A stretch of DNA of 62,346 nt, the filler included, from Globobulimina sp. (lineage: Eukaryota), in the NCBI GenBank assembly GCA_003354225.1. It is 16 parts of 16 records of this genome, joined end to end, with 100 filler letters (N's around TTAATTAATTAA, not from the genome) between each part and the next. Parts side by side here need not be neighbours in the genome. Positions count along the whole stretch, not along the records: positions 58,549 to 62,346 come from PIVH01002077.1; 15 more parts are not named here. One strand, 5' to 3'. Position numbers and translations under genes: made by a program. Positions within the stretch are counted from its first letter, which is position 1, and each line of letters begins with the position of its first letter. Below, one piece after another: positions 60,637 through 62,346 of the stretch. Below the pieces are notes generated by a model. The model saw only the letters and a program-made list of their open reading frames with translations. It did no database searches and was not told the DNA's origin.

Positions 60637-62346
60637 ATGACGAATGGAAAGAAAATCAAAATATTGTCATCAATGACAATCTGTTTGAAATCATCAGAAA
60701 TATCACAAAAACACCTATCCAAATTATTAGCAAATATTGACAGTAATTATGAAATATATGTACTTCGTCCAACGTGTTGCAATGAAACTATTAAATACCA
60801 AGATAAGAAAATCCATTTAATCGAATTTGATTCAGTCGCTCCATATACAGATTTTCGTCGACAGATTAACCACTACAACATTGCCGGATGGTTGTCTTTA
60901 TTAGCTCAAAATTGCCGTAATCTTTTATCAAATAAAAGCATAATCAATGAATTGCAACAAATTGCATTTGATTTTTCCATTGTTCAGCTGTGGGATGGCT
61001 GTGGCTTCATTATCTCCGACTTGCTACATTTAAAACGTATTGATTTTGTAATCCAAGGATTAATGTATCCGCAATTGAATAAAATTTATGATTTTGTATA
61101 TTTTGATGCATTTGAAAAGAAAATAATTCCTAAAAGTGGATCTGATGTAACATTTGAAATATTAGTTTATTTTCCATTATTTGATGAAATTCGTTCTGAT
61201 TTTGGCATTTCAGTGAAAACCCAATTGGACAGTTTCAGAATCTACACACAATTTGTATGGGTGCCAGAGATTCCAGGCTATGAATATCCAAATTATTTGG
61301 TTCCACGAATCCAATTTATTGGTCCCATCCGCAGCCAAATGCGATTAGATTCGAATTCGGCAGACACTGATTGTGCATGCATTAAATGGTTAGATTCATT
61401 GTCGCCAAATGCAAATGTGATATTCTTCTCGTTTGGAACATTGTGGCTCGATATGCCTCAATTAAAGCATAGAGATGTGACTATAATGGAAGCGGTGCAA
61501 AGTATATTGTCGCAGGACAGCTATTATATTATTATGAAATCTTTAAAAAGCACGTATTTTAGTCGCGAAATGGAAGTATCAATCACCAAACAATACGACG
61601 ATAAGATTAGAATTTATAATCAATGGATTCCGCAAAAGCAAATCTTAAGTCATGTCAAGGTAAAAGTGTTAGTATTCCATGGTGGGATTGGCACATTACA
61701 AGAAGCCATGTTTTATGGCGTCCCAATGGTCTCCATTCCATTTGAATATGATCAACCATTAAATATGGAAAAAGCAGAGAGAATCGGCATAGCGTATCCT
61801 GCATTGAATGTGTCTTCATTTACTGTTCAACAGTTAATAAATGGCATTGATAATGTAATATTAAATGAACAGTATTCACCACGGCACACAAATGGGACTG
61901 TGCCGGCGGATATAACATATGTGCCAACGCCAAGGGCCGACATGCCAGAGAATGGAGCGGGTGATGCAGCAACGCAATCGTCAAAGGAAGACGCATCTGC
62001 TAGCGCCGTAGAAGAGCTGATGGTACCTGGTACACCGACCAGAGATGACAGCAGCCTTGACTCGAGTTGGTCGGGAAGTGTCTCGCCAATACTCAAGTCG
62101 ATGATTGAAAAGGCCGTCCGTCAGATTGATGTGTCTACACCGCCACCTAAATCGCCCATGTCTATTGATTTAACCTCCACCCCAGGTCTCCGGGACGAGC
62201 CAGCAAGGAGTCCTTTCATCCGCCACCCTTCGCCACCTGTTTCGGCTGCGCCCTCGGTGAAGTCAACCGCGCTCGTTGAGCGTTGCGAGAACGAAGAACA
62301 GTTAGCCACGGTAATGACCATTCCTGTCAGTGTCACCGGGCGTGGC
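60637..62346 (+). CDS. UDP-glycosyltransferase (GT1 family), absent from the ORF track because it has no stop in the window
   Basis: Translated by hand from ATG 60637: WLD...VIFFSFGT and the signature WIPQKQILSHVKVKVLVFHGGIGTLQEAMFYGVPMVSIPFEYDQ. After about 61879 it continues into unrelated GC-rich sequence. Confidence 0.9.
   Translation, partial: MTNGKKIKILSSMTICLKSSEISQKHLSKLLANIDSNYEIYVLRPTCCNETIKYQDKKIHLIEFDSVAPYTDFRRQINHYNIAGWLSLLAQNCRNLLSNKSIINELQQIAFDFSIVQLWDGCGFIISDLLHLKRIDFVIQGLMYPQLNKIYDFVYFDAFEKKIIPKSGSDVTFEILVYFPLFDEIRSDFGISVKTQLDSFRIYTQFVWVPEIPGYEYPNYLVPRIQFIGPIRSQMRLDSNSADTDCACIKWLDSLSPNANVIFFSFGTLWLDMPQLKHRDVTIMEAVQSILSQDSYYIIMKSLKSTYFSREMEVSITKQYDDKIRIYNQWIPQKQILSHVKVKVLVFHGGIGTLQEAMFYGVPMVSIPFEYDQPLNMEKAERIGIAYPALNVSSFTVQQLINGIDNVILNEQYSPRHTNGTVPADITYVPTPRADMPENGAGDAATQSSKEDASASAVEELMVPGTPTRDDSSLDSSWSGSVSPILKSMIEKAVRQIDVSTPPPKSPMSIDLTSTPGLRDEPARSPFIRHPSPPVSAAPSVKSTALVERCENEEQLATVMTIPVSVTGRG

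Noticed and set aside
1-62346. Operon- or cluster-like system spanning the window
   Set aside because: Contigs are ordered by size, so adjacency across linkers has no biological meaning.

Overview
This is not one continuous locus. It is 16 unrelated contigs of about 3.8 kb, size-sorted from 3807 to 3798 bp and joined by artificial 100-bp linkers (44 N + TTAATTAATTAA + 44 N), so neighbourhoods mean something only within a contig. The DNA is AT-rich, gene-dense and eukaryotic, with the standard code and short GT-AG introns (mostly 56-80 bp). The gene families suggest a rhizarian, probably foraminiferan, protist, which is an inference. Recognisable genes include Vps39, an SDR, ARL3, a multi-RRM protein, a LACTBL1-like serine hydrolase, a 7TM-RGS protein, acetyl-CoA carboxylase, a CCA-adding enzyme, a CaMK-like pseudokinase, Tweety, kinesin-1, a bZIP+C2H2 factor, a PH+kelch-like protein, a non-LTR RT-RNase H ORF, a PHYH fragment, a PPR-SMR protein, MYG1, LMF, a class-3 lipase, an AlkB-like dioxygenase, an arylsulfatase, a Cys-rich surface protein and a UDP-glycosyltransferase missed by the ORF track. 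Four observations stand out. (1) MYG1 has two alternative first exons, one with an NLS and one with a mitochondrial presequence, and sits head-to-head with a probably mitochondrial PPR-SMR gene. (2) One contig has an exact 119-bp terminal direct repeat (circular or tandem) and carries an endonuclease-less RT-RNase H ORF fused to host gene fragments. (3) Vps39 carries an SH3-like insert. (4) Several chimera-like junctions may be amplification artefacts. All family calls come from motifs recognised by eye; no searches were run.
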